Positions 26,194 through 37,681 of a stretch of DNA of 64,000 nucleotides are shown piece after piece (position 1 is the stretch's first letter; every line of letters starts with the position of its first letter). The stretch covers positions 26,660,001 to 26,724,000 of the forward strand of contig NC_087246.1 in the NCBI RefSeq assembly GCF_037042905.1, written 5' to 3'. Under the pieces are notes generated by a model. That model was not told where the DNA came from, searched no databases, and saw only the letters and a list, made by a program, of their open reading frames with translations. The stretch is from Lytechinus pictus (Eukaryota). A program made the translations under genes and the position numbers.

Positions 26194-27370
26194 TAAGTCA
26201 CAATGAAGTACAAATAATGGTGATTTCACATGTTCATGGACCAGCAAAGAAAAATGAATATTTTTCAAGATTCATATATACTACATATGTCAGTCATATT
26301 ATGTTTTGTGAAATTAAACAAACTTGTTGTTCTTGATGATTTTCTTTTTTTTTTCCACAGATTTATCTGGTTTTGGGTGTAGACTTGACCTTTTACCAGC
26401 ATATCGGTAACAAAAAGGAATTGTACACAAAAGAAGTTGCTACACAATTAAATATATTGGACATGTGAAAGACATAATGTAGTAAAAAAAACCTTGAATA
26501 CATACATCAGTGTCCTATAAATCGAAGGGGAACACAGTCGGCCAACATCCCAACTATTCATTTGTTTATACTTGATTTGAAACAAATATTCCTTTCAAAT
26601 GGCAAAAAATCAATTCATTGGATACTTGGTTTTAAAAATTTCTGGACAATTAAATATTACCAGACTGTTTCATGGAACAATCACATGTGTATCATGGAGC
26701 ATAAATCAATTTTAATAAAATGAAAATGCTTCCAACAGAAGGTGAAAATATTGAAATATTTCCAGCCTATTCATAGAACTCTTGCAAACAGTGCTTTTAA
26801 ACCATATAAAAATGGTTTTACCATCTATTTAAGAACATCTCCCGTATATAGATTAACAAATCTCAGATTTTGTTTCCAATCAATTCAATCAACGATAAAA
26901 ACTATCTGGGTCTCTGTCATTCATAGGAGAGAAATATGAAGGGTACATAGGTACATGAAACAAGGTGATATGAAAACGGGTGTACAAGTTCACTGCAACT
27001 GAATAGTCATGCTTCAAGCAATAGATATTAGTTCAATAATTCCTGAAATGAATGCTTTGAGCTAACTTACAAAAATATCTGTAAAAAAATAAAGTTCACA
27101 TATATAATCTAGTCATTAAATGATCAACAATTCAGTACAAAACTACCAGTTATACATAGCCTTCTGCTCTATTAAAAATAGGATAAAATAAAATGGAATG
27201 CTAAGTTAATCAGTTTAGTAACCTAATATATACAGACTGAGGTGATACAAAAAATGATACATATCTGTTCTTGAATACTGCTATAAAAAAGCACCACTCT
27301 GTCACGATTGTCAAATGGGTATAAAACATGCCCTAATATTGTTTAAATAATGAAACACACAAATATAGTT

Positions 27371-27638
27371 CAGGCGCGGATCCAGGGGGGAAGGGCTTAA
27401 GGTGTGCGAGCCCCCTGTAGGATTTATAAAAAAAAATTAAGAGACGAATTCACCTTACATATAGGTGAAAACCTTTTTTTTATTGTTAATTTTTTGGCAG
27501 ATGAATTATTGACCTTAAATTTAGGTGACAACCCTTTAAAAAAAATGTTGCTTGTCAAATTTCCAAAGGGTAGAATTATGCCCCCCCCCCTTTAAAAAAT
27601 CCTGGATCCTGTAAAATTTCAGCTCTGGATCCGCCCCT
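27371..27638. mobile_element. hAT-like MITE (CAGGCGCGGATCC ends); related copy at about 36952-37244
   Basis: TIRs CAGGCGCGGATCCAG / CTGGATCCGCCCCT; internal sequence shared with the 36952-37244 copy. Confidence 0.65.
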
Positions 27639-29073
27639 ATAATTGAATCGAGATGTAGATTCATCATTCTTCATTTTCATTTCTGATATTCAAGATACAC
27701 TAAATGACACTTAATTCGAGATTGACAAACTCGCCCTTCCCTGACATCATTACCCATTTAATTATGACAAGTGAATGAGTTGTCTAAGGAAGCTTACAAT
27801 TATTCTATGATGACAAGGTAATTCAGAAGAAAGCAAGACAATTATTCAAAATGGGGAACGTAACATGAAGCTTTACGTTGGTTGTAAGGCTGATTCTTGC
27901 GGTTGAGTACATAGACCACGATAAGAAAATTATCGTAAAATCAACTGTACAATTAATTGCTAAGCTTTGTGATAAGGCGCCCGGTGGGTGTTCCATAAAG
28001 CTGTTTTTAAGTTACTAGCTACTTTAAGAACTGGTGAACCTTTCTTACGCTCTAAATAATCCCCAATGAACATTCAATGGACAATATCATTTACCACAAG
28101 GATCACCAGTCGTTCCTAAAGTCGCCCTTAACTTACGATCAGCTTTATGAAATGGCCCCCTGGTGAGTGTTCCCACAAAGCTGTTCGTAAGTTACGAGCG
28201 ACTTTACTGTTAAGACTGGTGATCTTTTTTTTTTGTGCTTTCCGTCGGTGTTGATTTAGTTCTTGAGAAAGGGTCAACAGTCATTTGTAAAGTCGGTGGT
28301 ATCTTACAAACAGCTTTATAAAACACCCACCTGAAACTGGGGGCTATTACATTGACTTGGTCAGGATGACAAGACATCCAAAACCTTCTGACTGAAGGGA
28401 GCAGGAAGGAGGTTGGAGGATTTGGGTAAAAAAAATCAATTTGTTTTTGCTCATCACCAAATTTAGAGGAGTGAGAATGTACAGATAAATTTTATGATAA
28501 TAAAGGCCATCGCACATCTTACAATTGGTCTGTGACCCAAGTTTAGAATATAATTAATGTAAAATTGAATGAAAATGTTGACATCTCACTATGGAAAAAA
28601 TACTTAATTAAATGAATAATCGAGTTTAAATTCATGACTATATGACTACTGCCCTTAGAAGAAAAAACATAAAAAACATAATTTCGAATTTTTATGACAC
28701 CACAGCAATTGTACAATTGGCTACGATTTGAAACAATTACTATAGGCTTGAATTACCAATGTTTCAGTTGAACCTCAAATATGAGTATCACATTTGTGTA
28801 TATTTTCAGGGAACATTTTTTTCTAGAATCGAGTCATAGACTAATCGAAAGATATGCAGTGGCATGAAAGCTTCCATTTTCTTTGCCTTCCTTCTTTCAA
28901 TTATCAAGACCCAGTATTGCATTGTCTTGACTCATTTTCATGCATTTTTCTGAAATGTCTCACAACTTTGTTTTAATCTAAATCTTCATAGAATCCTGAG
29001 TTGGCTTTTGGAAGTGAGAGGGTTTCAATGAATGGATTAACCTGAGGATGTATGCTGATAGACAAGACAGTCC

Positions 29074-29196
29074 CTAGTAATCATCCTGGGGATTCTTCTC
29101 CAACAATCTCTTAAACTGATCTTGGTAGATTTCGTCAGGGGTAGATGCTTCTATCACAGCCGGGTCTTCTTTCATTCGAGCACAGTATCCCATTAG
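29074..29196 (-). CDS. GSTO1: Glutathione S-transferase omega, exon 6 (terminal)
   Basis: taccag|LMGYCARMKEDPAVIEASTPDEIYQDQFKRLLEKNPQDDY*. Confidence 0.88.
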   Translation of the reverse strand, partial: LMGYCARMKEDPAVIEASTPDEIYQDQFKRLLEKNPQDDY

Positions 29197-30107
29197 CTGG
29201 TACAGAAAAAAAAAAATCAGAATAAAATAATATTAGTTCAAGCAAAATCAATGAAAATTTTACATGCAAAATTGTCGGTATGAATAAATTAAAATTGTCA
29301 ATAAACTTTTAAAAACTTGAAATAACAATACTGCAATTTTATTTAAGCTTTTGTTTGCCAATTGTATTTTTTAGATTGCCAATTTCCCCTGAAAAGCTCC
29401 CACTTAAACTTTTTTACAATTGTCATAGAGTCGGTCATATTTAAATTTCTTATCTGTGGAAGTGCTTCATTGTAATGATTGAAAATTAATGGGCTCAACA
29501 ATGGAATTAAATCATGAAATACATTGTTTATACCCCCAATTACATCAACGCTACAGCAACGCTGATGTAGTACGCACAGGGTGATATCACATTTATTGAA
29601 AACCCCAAAGTTGGTGCTAAATCTAAAACAATTTCTTAAAATTTCAAAAACTACTTCCAGTGTAAAAGGGGGGGTATTCCACTTACATTGTAAGGCAACA
29701 TTTTTTATATTTTGGAAAAAGCATATTCAACATAGCCCCATTTACAGTGTCCTTGTTATTTGTTTTATATGATTTCTAATTTCACTTTTGTTTGTATATT
29801 TCGTATGTTCTACATTGTAAAGCGCTTTGATATGGATTTCATGAAAAGCCCTATATAAGACTAAGTTATTTTTTTTGTAATTCATGTTTTATTGATCCTT
29901 TTCATAAAAATATACATAACAAAACATACATGATATAATGGATCACATATAAAAGTTCAGATGACGTTGGCATATAAAATAACATGTCTAACATACAGAA
30001 TAGTATATAATAAAAAAAACATATGTTTGTATACAACAACACAAAAAAAATCAGGCACTTGGCCTATATAAAAAAATAAATAAACATAACAAAAACAGCC
30101 TTCTGCT

Positions 30108-33100
30108 TTATCGCCTCTTTAAAGTATTCAGAATGATAGCCCACTTGCCATCATGTTTTTCTAATTTGCATTTCCTTTGTGCTATGGTATGTTCAACAGT
30201 TTCAAATGATAAAAGAAAGTTACAAAAATGGGAGAGAGTAGGTTTTGTTTCGTCACATCGACATCTAAAAATATATTGTTTACCTGACAGGAGCAGAAAG
30301 TTCAATATAAATATATATCTGGGAATTTGGGGCTTACAGATACCAAAAAGAACATATCTTTCTGAGAGGAAATCAGGAAGATCTAGTGAAGCAAAAAGTG
30401 TACCAACATTATTCCAAAATTGGTTAACAACATGGCAAGAATAAAAAAGATGCACTAGAGTTTCTGGTGATACTTTACAAAATGTACAAAGTGTATCAGT
30501 TACCTTGTTAATACGGAATAACCAAACCTTAGTAGGAATCAAATTATTAATAATCTTGAAATGTAAAGCTCGAAGTCTTGTATCTATAGTAGTACGTAGA
30601 GGTAGTTTTAAGAGTTCTCTTACTTCTTCTTGTTGAAACCCATAAGTGTCTTTTAAACGTGTAAATATATTCGAAATTGATGGGTTATTTTCATTCATAA
30701 AAAATGTGTAAAAAATATACTTTGGTACAACCGTTACTTCTCTAGTGATGCCATCAATAGTTAAAGTTGGAATCAATGAAATGTTGTCGACAATGGGATG
30801 AAAGTTTTGAGATAGAAAAAATACTTTCCATTTTGATGGCATAAACTTGTAACAATCAAGAAGCAAAAAGTATTCAACAAATGTTAAGCCTTTATTTTTG
30901 GCATCTTTCCATCTTAATGGTCTGCCATACTCATCCAACATATGTGACACTTTAACAAAACCTTTGTTTTTTATCTCTGGCTTATAAAAAGATTTTCCAT
31001 TTTGTAATATGCATCTATTATTCCATAGCATTTGGTTACATATTTTTATGTTTTTTTGAAATACTGTGCTCCAACTAACCATGACATCTTTATACCATTC
31101 AGGAATTGTCAGGTTTAAAATATTAAGATCATAATTACAATGGAATATAAAGTCACCACCTACATTTTGAAGCAGTGTTAGCAGGATAATCTTCCATCCC
31201 TTTGAATTGGATGTAAAAACTCTTTGTATCCACTTGACTTTTTGCACTTGTAGAAGAGATTTTAAGCATATCATTTTGAGCCCCCCATCTTCATACTGCT
31301 TAACAAGTATCTCCCTTTTGATCCTGTCAGGGCCGTTCCAAATGAACCCAAAAACTAACTTATTAACTTCTTTTATATAATAATCTGGGATTTTTGACAA
31401 ACTTGCAAGGTAAAGTAATTGCGAAAAGGCAAAGGTTTTGACAATTTGTATTTTGCCTATTAAAGATAAATGACGAGATTTCCATAAATTCAACTGTACT
31501 CTAATTTTATCAAGTGTTCTTTGCAATTGTAAAGAAAAAACATTGGGTGAATAAGCTATATCTACCCCAAGAATTGTCAAAGACTTCTCAAACTGGATAT
31601 TCTCTAGTGAATGTTGATTATCTTTACAGGCTCCTATCCACATTGCCTTTGTTTTGAAAATATTGATAGAGAGTGATGATTCCTTTCGGAAATTCTGAAG
31701 TGTATTCAAAAGGTGTCTAAATGAAATATTGTCTGAAAGGAAAACCGTTATGTCGTCCGCATACAGCGACAATTTCAATTCTAAATTGTCCGATATTTTT
31801 AAACCATGTATTGTCTTGTTTTCACGAATATTTATGGCAAATGTCTCTATAGCTAAAACAAATAAATAAGGACTCAATGGGTCTCCCTGCCTAACACCTC
31901 TTTCAACGGGAAAATAACCCGATGACAGACCCCGATTCATTACCGCACTTTCTAAATTGGTATATAAAACTTTAATAAAGTTACAAAATCCTTCTCCAAA
32001 ATTGAATGATCGGAGGACGTTTAACAAAAAAGAATGGTCTAGTGAATCGAATGCCTTTTGGAAATCCAAACTTAATAATATTCCGGGAATATTTTTCAAG
32101 TCGGAAAAGAAAAGAGCATCTTTAACTGTCCTGACAGCTTCTCCAATAAATCTGTCCTTTATAAATGCTACCTGATCTGGGTGAATCAAATCAGGCAGAA
32201 CTTTCTTTAATCTTTCTGCAAGAGCTTTAGAACCAATTTTCAAATCAACATTCACTAGAGTGATGGGTCGGTAATTTTCGATTAACATTTTGTCTTTCCC
32301 TTTCTTTGATATGAGTGTAATTAAACCTTGTCTTTGTGAACTAGAAAGTTGACCTTGTTGAAAACTGTAGTTAAGATTATCTACCAAAAGCTGTCCAATT
32401 TTACCCCAGAACTTGCGATAGAACTCAACCGTTAGACCGTCGTTTCCCGGTGACTTGTTTTTTGACATAAGTAATAGGGATGATGTACATTCCTCTAACG
32501 TTAACGGCAAGTCACATTTACTCTTGGAGTCCGAGGGTAATTTTGGAATATTTTCTTGTCCTAAGAATAAGGAGTTTTGCCTCGAGTCGACATTAGGCTT
32601 TTTATATAATTGTGTATAGAATGATTTTATTTCTGAATTAATATTTTTCATATCTGTAAGTATACAATCGCCTTGCTTAAGTTTAAAAATTGACGATTTA
32701 TTTTTGTGGCCTTTTTCTAAGTTAAGAAAAAATTTAGTATTTTTCTCCCCAAATTCCATCCAATTTGCTTTAGACCTTAATATGATGCCTTGTGTTATAT
32801 AATCTAAATAAGACTCATATTCTCTTTCAATCTTTTTATATTCCTCAGCATGCCTTTCACCCTCGGAATCCAACAGAAATTGCAACCTTTTTAGCCTGTT
32901 TTCCAGTTCTCTTCGCCTTTCTTTCCTTTTCCGTGCCTTTTCAATACTGTATTTACGTGAAAATAGGCGAATATTATACTTGAGAAATTCCCAACCTATT
33001 CTCATATCATCAAATTGTGAAATATCTTTAATCCACAGATCTAAATTTTTCGTCATTTCAGAACAAAACACTTCATCCTCGCATAGGGTGTTATTAAATT

Positions 33101-33881
33101 TCCAATTCATAGCATTACATCTTGTTTCTTCTTGTACTTTAAATTCTAAAATAATAGCCAAATGATCAGAACCCACTCCGGGTATCATATCTACCTTGCT
33201 AATATAATCCTGCAGGGTCTCGGAGACAAACCAAATATCTAATCTACTTTGGATTAAAGGCCGCAATTGTTTCCAAGTATATTTACGCGTAATGGGGTTA
33301 CGTACACGCCATATATCAATGACATCTAAATCACTCTGTAATTTTTTAAGTTGACTGATTACTGCCTGCGAGGTTGTTGGATGACCACCTTGTCTGTCAA
33401 CATTCATGTTTAAAATCACATTAAAATCGCCCCCAATTAATAGAGGAGTAGTCGCAATATCATCAAAAGAATTTAAGGTACATAATAAATGGTCAAAAAA
33501 TATTTTTTGTTCACGTTTCTTATCAGCTGTTGGTGCATAAACGTTACAAATTATAAATTCATTGCCGTCTATAATAATTCTTAAAACCAAATATCTACCA
33601 TTACCTGAAACATGTTTAGAAATGATTTTATAATCTAGTTTTGAATTGATAAGTATCATGACCCCACTACTATGAGGAGATCCGTGACAAAAGAGTACAT
33701 CACTGCCCCATTCCGAAGACCAACTACTTTCTACGTCTTCTGAACTATATGTTTCTTGTAGGAGAGCAATGTCGATTTCTTTTTCTCGTAACCAACCAAA
33801 TACCTTTTGCCTCCGAAACCCTGATCTTAGACCTCTCACATTCAAAGACAAAAACTTCATGCTCGTTTCTTTAAAACCCAT
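30108..33881 (-). CDS. L1/Tx1 ORF2: APE endonuclease, reverse transcriptase and C-terminal Cys/His finger
   Basis: 1257 aa uninterrupted. EN motifs NVRGL, LQET, GGDFN, SRLD, SDH. RT motifs SPGNDG, DFQKAFD, GVRQGDPLSP, YADD. C-terminal CTFC..ETLVHLFYSC. Confidence 0.96.
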   Translation of the reverse strand: MGFKETSMKFLSLNVRGLRSGFRRQKVFGWLREKEIDIALLQETYSSEDVESSWSSEWGSDVLFCHGSPHSSGVMILINSKLDYKIISKHVSGNGRYLVLRIIIDGNEFIICNVYAPTADKKREQKIFFDHLLCTLNSFDDIATTPLLIGGDFNVILNMNVDRQGGHPTTSQAVISQLKKLQSDLDVIDIWRVRNPITRKYTWKQLRPLIQSRLDIWFVSETLQDYISKVDMIPGVGSDHLAIILEFKVQEETRCNAMNWKFNNTLCEDEVFCSEMTKNLDLWIKDISQFDDMRIGWEFLKYNIRLFSRKYSIEKARKRKERRRELENRLKRLQFLLDSEGERHAEEYKKIEREYESYLDYITQGIILRSKANWMEFGEKNTKFFLNLEKGHKNKSSIFKLKQGDCILTDMKNINSEIKSFYTQLYKKPNVDSRQNSLFLGQENIPKLPSDSKSKCDLPLTLEECTSSLLLMSKNKSPGNDGLTVEFYRKFWGKIGQLLVDNLNYSFQQGQLSSSQRQGLITLISKKGKDKMLIENYRPITLVNVDLKIGSKALAERLKKVLPDLIHPDQVAFIKDRFIGEAVRTVKDALFFSDLKNIPGILLSLDFQKAFDSLDHSFLLNVLRSFNFGEGFCNFIKVLYTNLESAVMNRGLSSGYFPVERGVRQGDPLSPYLFVLAIETFAINIRENKTIHGLKISDNLELKLSLYADDITVFLSDNISFRHLLNTLQNFRKESSLSINIFKTKAMWIGACKDNQHSLENIQFEKSLTILGVDIAYSPNVFSLQLQRTLDKIRVQLNLWKSRHLSLIGKIQIVKTFAFSQLLYLASLSKIPDYYIKEVNKLVFGFIWNGPDRIKREILVKQYEDGGLKMICLKSLLQVQKVKWIQRVFTSNSKGWKIILLTLLQNVGGDFIFHCNYDLNILNLTIPEWYKDVMVSWSTVFQKNIKICNQMLWNNRCILQNGKSFYKPEIKNKGFVKVSHMLDEYGRPLRWKDAKNKGLTFVEYFLLLDCYKFMPSKWKVFFLSQNFHPIVDNISLIPTLTIDGITREVTVVPKYIFYTFFMNENNPSISNIFTRLKDTYGFQQEEVRELLKLPLRTTIDTRLRALHFKIINNLIPTKVWLFRINKVTDTLCTFCKVSPETLVHLFYSCHVVNQFWNNVGTLFASLDLPDFLSERYVLFGICKPQIPRYIFILNFLLLSGKQYIFRCRCDETKPTLSHFCNFLLSFETVEHTIAQRKCKLEKHDGKWAIILNTLKRR

Positions 33882-34621
33882 AGCAAGGTATCATATCTGT
33901 AACTTTGATATACATGTACCAATCCACAAACACATAACCGTGCATCCTACATGTACATGTACTTATGACAGGTGTCAGATGTATTGCTTTGGCTTGCACC
34001 TGTAACATATAGAAGCCTAAATATAACTTTCCACTGTTGCAAACACCATTCCTCAGTACCGTTACTATAAAGGCTAATGTAAATTTCAAAATTGTACATT
34101 GAGCAACTGCCCTAACAGTAGTTGTTTTCCAACACTTGGAATTTGTTTTGCTTTCAGCTGACGCAAGAGAACTATAAAAAGAACATCTTTGGCAAAGGCA
34201 AACTATGTACATAGAAACAATATACAAAGAAAATTTAAATGTGTAACACTTGTACACGAACAAATACATTAATAAATGTGAAAAAATTAAGACACGTCTG
34301 ACTGATCGAATGCTAGACATGAGGAACATGTCAAAGACATGAAACCTTAAAGGAGCTAACAAACCCACCCTTTAACATGTTTACAAAATTCACGAATATT
34401 ACTGGAGGGAGAAACCACAATGGTCAATGTGGCAGAAAAAAAAATAAAAAATTCTATTCAATGCAGTATATAGGGCAAATAAATATCAGTATCAAAACAA
34501 CTGATCAAAAGTTGTGTGTTCATTTCCAATGTCAATAGCACTTTGCGTTCAATAAAATAAATGAACTTGAATTTTGTTCTCTGTAATTGTAAATGAAATG
34601 AAGATCGAGAATGCAAGACCG

Positions 34622-35515
34622 CTATTCTTTATGTATTTCCCATTTCTGGGTTCCTTTTTCTCTGTAGAAGAGGACCACTTTCGCTCTAACAACCGTTATT
34701 TTAGTAGACAGCTTCTTTTCTTTTCTCAACTTGTATGCAACTTTGGCCAACTCACTGCGTGTTGCCTTCAGTGCTGGAGGCAAGTCTGTTCTCACTGTAA
34801 GCCTAGATGTTTCTTGTGTAACAGGTGGGTATCTCCATTCGACTCCTGTGGTGTTTCCAGTCGAAGCATCTGTGGCGACTCTCTTCTTGTAAGCTCGCTC
34901 TTCGAACGCAGCTAAGACTCGATTACGTTGTGACATATAGACAAACTTGGCTATGATAGGATGGGGGACACCTTCTTGTGAGTGGCGTTGGGGTAGCCTA
35001 TGCACATTGATAAGGCAAACGGCCTCCGCTTCCTCTTTGCTCAAACCAAGTAGAGTAAAAACATGGCGAATCACGACATAGACATTTTCTCCTTGCTCCA
35101 TTTTGACCCCGTAGAATAAGAGATTATTCTTCCTCTGGTATATCTCTGATTCGATGAGCTTTGTACGAAGTTGATCAACCTCCTTCCTTAGGTCGCTTTC
35201 AATCTGAGGAAGCTTCTCTTTCTCGATAATGTCGACCTTCGATGCATTAAAATCAACTGCTGCTTCTAAGTCATCCACTTTCGTCTTGATCTGATCCAAA
35301 TTGTGTTGTAAACCATCTAATTTTGCACAGACTCTAACTTCAGATTCCCGTATAGAGCGCATAACATCTGCGAGCGTGAATGCACTCTCCGGTTCACCCG
35401 TGCCCTCCGGCGTTGGTGTACTGGTTTGTGCCGTTGACGTTGACGGTGTAGATTGTTTGGTGCGTTGGCCCTCGGACGACATGGTTGCACTCCTTAAGAA
35501 ATAAGACTTTTCCAT
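34622..35515 (-). CDS. L1/Tx1 ORF1 (coiled coil plus RRM-like nucleic-acid chaperone)
   Basis: 297 aa; heptad-rich region followed by RKNNLLFYGV, VHRL, PIIAKF and DLP motifs typical of L1-type ORF1p. Confidence 0.9.
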   Translation of the reverse strand: MEKSYFLRSATMSSEGQRTKQSTPSTSTAQTSTPTPEGTGEPESAFTLADVMRSIRESEVRVCAKLDGLQHNLDQIKTKVDDLEAAVDFNASKVDIIEKEKLPQIESDLRKEVDQLRTKLIESEIYQRKNNLLFYGVKMEQGENVYVVIRHVFTLLGLSKEEAEAVCLINVHRLPQRHSQEGVPHPIIAKFVYMSQRNRVLAAFEERAYKKRVATDASTGNTTGVEWRYPPVTQETSRLTVRTDLPPALKATRSELAKVAYKLRKEKKLSTKITVVRAKVVLFYREKGTQKWEIHKE

Positions 35516-35826
35516 TAGAAGTGGTACTGAATGCTGAAAAAATGTGTACAGTTATTCACTAATAGCAAAATAATTCAATGTTTGAGCTCACCAAAACAAA
35601 AGAGTCCCTCCAAAAAAGTAAAAAAAAGCAGCGGGGTCGAGAGCTCCCAAAATTACACGTCCTCCATGTTTAAAGCCGTGACGTCATAAGACTAAGTTAT
35701 TATTATTTTGTCTTTCCTCCCAGAATAGGAAAAACATCACCCATTGATAATGGAGTCTTTGGGCAAATTTTCAGAACAAAATGCAGTCAATGAAGTAAAA
35801 GTTGGCATCTTTTTATCCAAACTCAC

Positions 35827-35921
35827 CGTAGGATAATTGTCTCGTTTGAACTCTTCTCCAAAGACAGTCCACCTTTCAAACCATGGCCACATGATGTAAT
35901 CAACTAATCCTGGCCTGTTGC
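35827..35921 (-). CDS. GSTO1: GSTO exon 5
   Basis: GNRPGLVDYIMWPWFERWTVFGEEFKRDNYPT|gtgagt; omega-class DY.+WPWFER motif. Confidence 0.92.
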
Positions 35922-36444
35922 CTATATAAACACAGAAAAACCAGTATTTATTCATTAAACTTTAAATTCACCTTAATGACATCCATTAAAATAGGAGCAA
36001 GAAAACAAGTGAAGCTTGAAAAAAACATTGTGCATTGAAATAATAACAAAAATTAAAACAACAACAAACTCAAACCCACTCACACACAGATAGAATAACA
36101 AAAGAAGAAAGCATTTGGTGCCTCTATTAAGCTCATCTTCAAGAAAAGTTTCTTCTGATATTTGGTTTAGTCTTCCATGGAGGATTCTGGTGAATGAACA
36201 CACCAACACACACCCACATCCACTCATAGACTTCACAAAGAATGCAGTACCATACGTTCATCTCCAAAAAGTAGAGTTCCCTCTGAAAGATGTCTAGATA
36301 TAGTCTACCATTTAGGATTCTGGTGGATCGACACACACACACAAAAAATGCACACACCCACAACCACTGTAAACTTGGGTTTACATCTGAAAGTTGGATA
36401 GATGGATTCTTATAAAATGAGTCTGGTGGATTAACACGACTTAC

Positions 36445-36577
36445 CAAAGAAGAAAGCAGTGCCTCTTTTCTTGAGCTCATCTTCAAGAACATAGAGCTCC
36501 TTCTGATAGATGGCTAGATAGTCTTCAGTAGGGGATTCCGGCGGATGGTACGTGGCCTTGAAGAATGGTGGACTTAT
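36445..36577 (-). CDS. GSTO1: GSTO exon 4
   Basis: catag|ISPPFFKATY...LEDELKKRGTAFFFG|gtaagt. Confidence 0.88.
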
Positions 36578-37118
36578 CTATGATCAGAGAGAGAGAGATG
36601 TTTGAAAGACAAATAACTACCATGCTATACCACAGTGCTATATCATCTTTAAGACGTTCCATTTGGGTATTTGCATTCTCTTTCTTAGGTTTGGATAGGT
36701 GATGATGATTTTATGTAACGAAGAATAATCACCCGATACATACATATTTGTAGGTATGGAAATAAAGTAAATGTAATTGACATTGAAACACAAATAAGTG
36801 GGGAGGATGGAGGGGAGGAACAACAAGGAAGAACTGGTTGAACTGCATTTATTAGGTGATCTTCGAATTAGAAACTTAAAGTACAAAGAGAACTTCCAAT
36901 CATTATGTCAAGGGATAGATAGGATATTACATGTATAATCCACTTAATGAACAGGCGCAGATCCAGGAAGGGGGGGGGGGGGGGGCTGAAGGTGCGCTAG
37001 CCCCCCGTAGGATTTAAAAAAAAAAAAAAGAGACAAATTTACCTTAAATGTAGGTGAAAACCATTTTTTTGGGCTTAATTTTTTGCGGACGAATTGACCT
37101 AAAATTTAGATGACAATC

Positions 37119-37149
<31 letters not shown>

Positions 37150-37455
37150 CTTGTCAAATTTCCAACGGGTAAAATGTGCCACCCCTTTTTAAAAATCCTA
37201 GATCCTGTAGCATCCCGTAAAATTTCAACTCTGGATCCGCACCTGATGAATATAGTTAACTGAAAATTAGTTCATTTGTTCTTTTATATATTTATATGTG
37301 AACTATTTCAGTACAAGATGTAAACAAGCATTTAATATATATATATATATATACACCCAAAACAGAGATGGCCAAGGTACCTGAATAATCATAGCTTGGA
37401 GCCCAATGAGCACCAACAGCAATTATAAAGCTCCTGATAACAGGAGAGATCTTAC

Positions 37456-37681
37456 CTTGCTCCCAAAGTAATCCAGAAGCATCTTATCCTGAGCCTTTCT
37501 GTATGGATCACTTGGCCATAAGTTGCCATGATCAGGGTAAGCATCATTTACGTATTCACAGACAAGGGTAGAATCTCTCACAATCTTCTCATCATGTTCA
37601 AAGCATGGGGTAGTTCCAAAGGGATTCTTTGAGAAGTACCATTCTGGTTTCTTAGTGAGGCTTATGTTGACCAATTCATAG
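37456..37681 (-). CDS. GSTO1: GSTO exon 3
   Basis: YELVNISLTKKPEWYFSKNPFGTTPCFEH...DPYRKAQDKMLLDYFGSK|gtaag. Confidence 0.93.

Larger units (their letters stand above)
29871..35685 (-). mobile_element. Full-length L1/Tx1-clade non-LTR retrotransposon (about 5.8 kb) in GSTO intron 5
   Basis: Two intact ORFs, AATAAA (29888-29893) and a short A-tail. 16-bp TSD ATAAGACTAAGTTATT at 29855-29870 and 35686-35701. Confidence 0.95.

Noticed and set aside
33871-34368. 165-aa ORF between L1 ORF1 and ORF2
   Set aside because: Composition reflects the T-rich inter-ORF spacer, it has no canonical ATG start and no recognisable motif.
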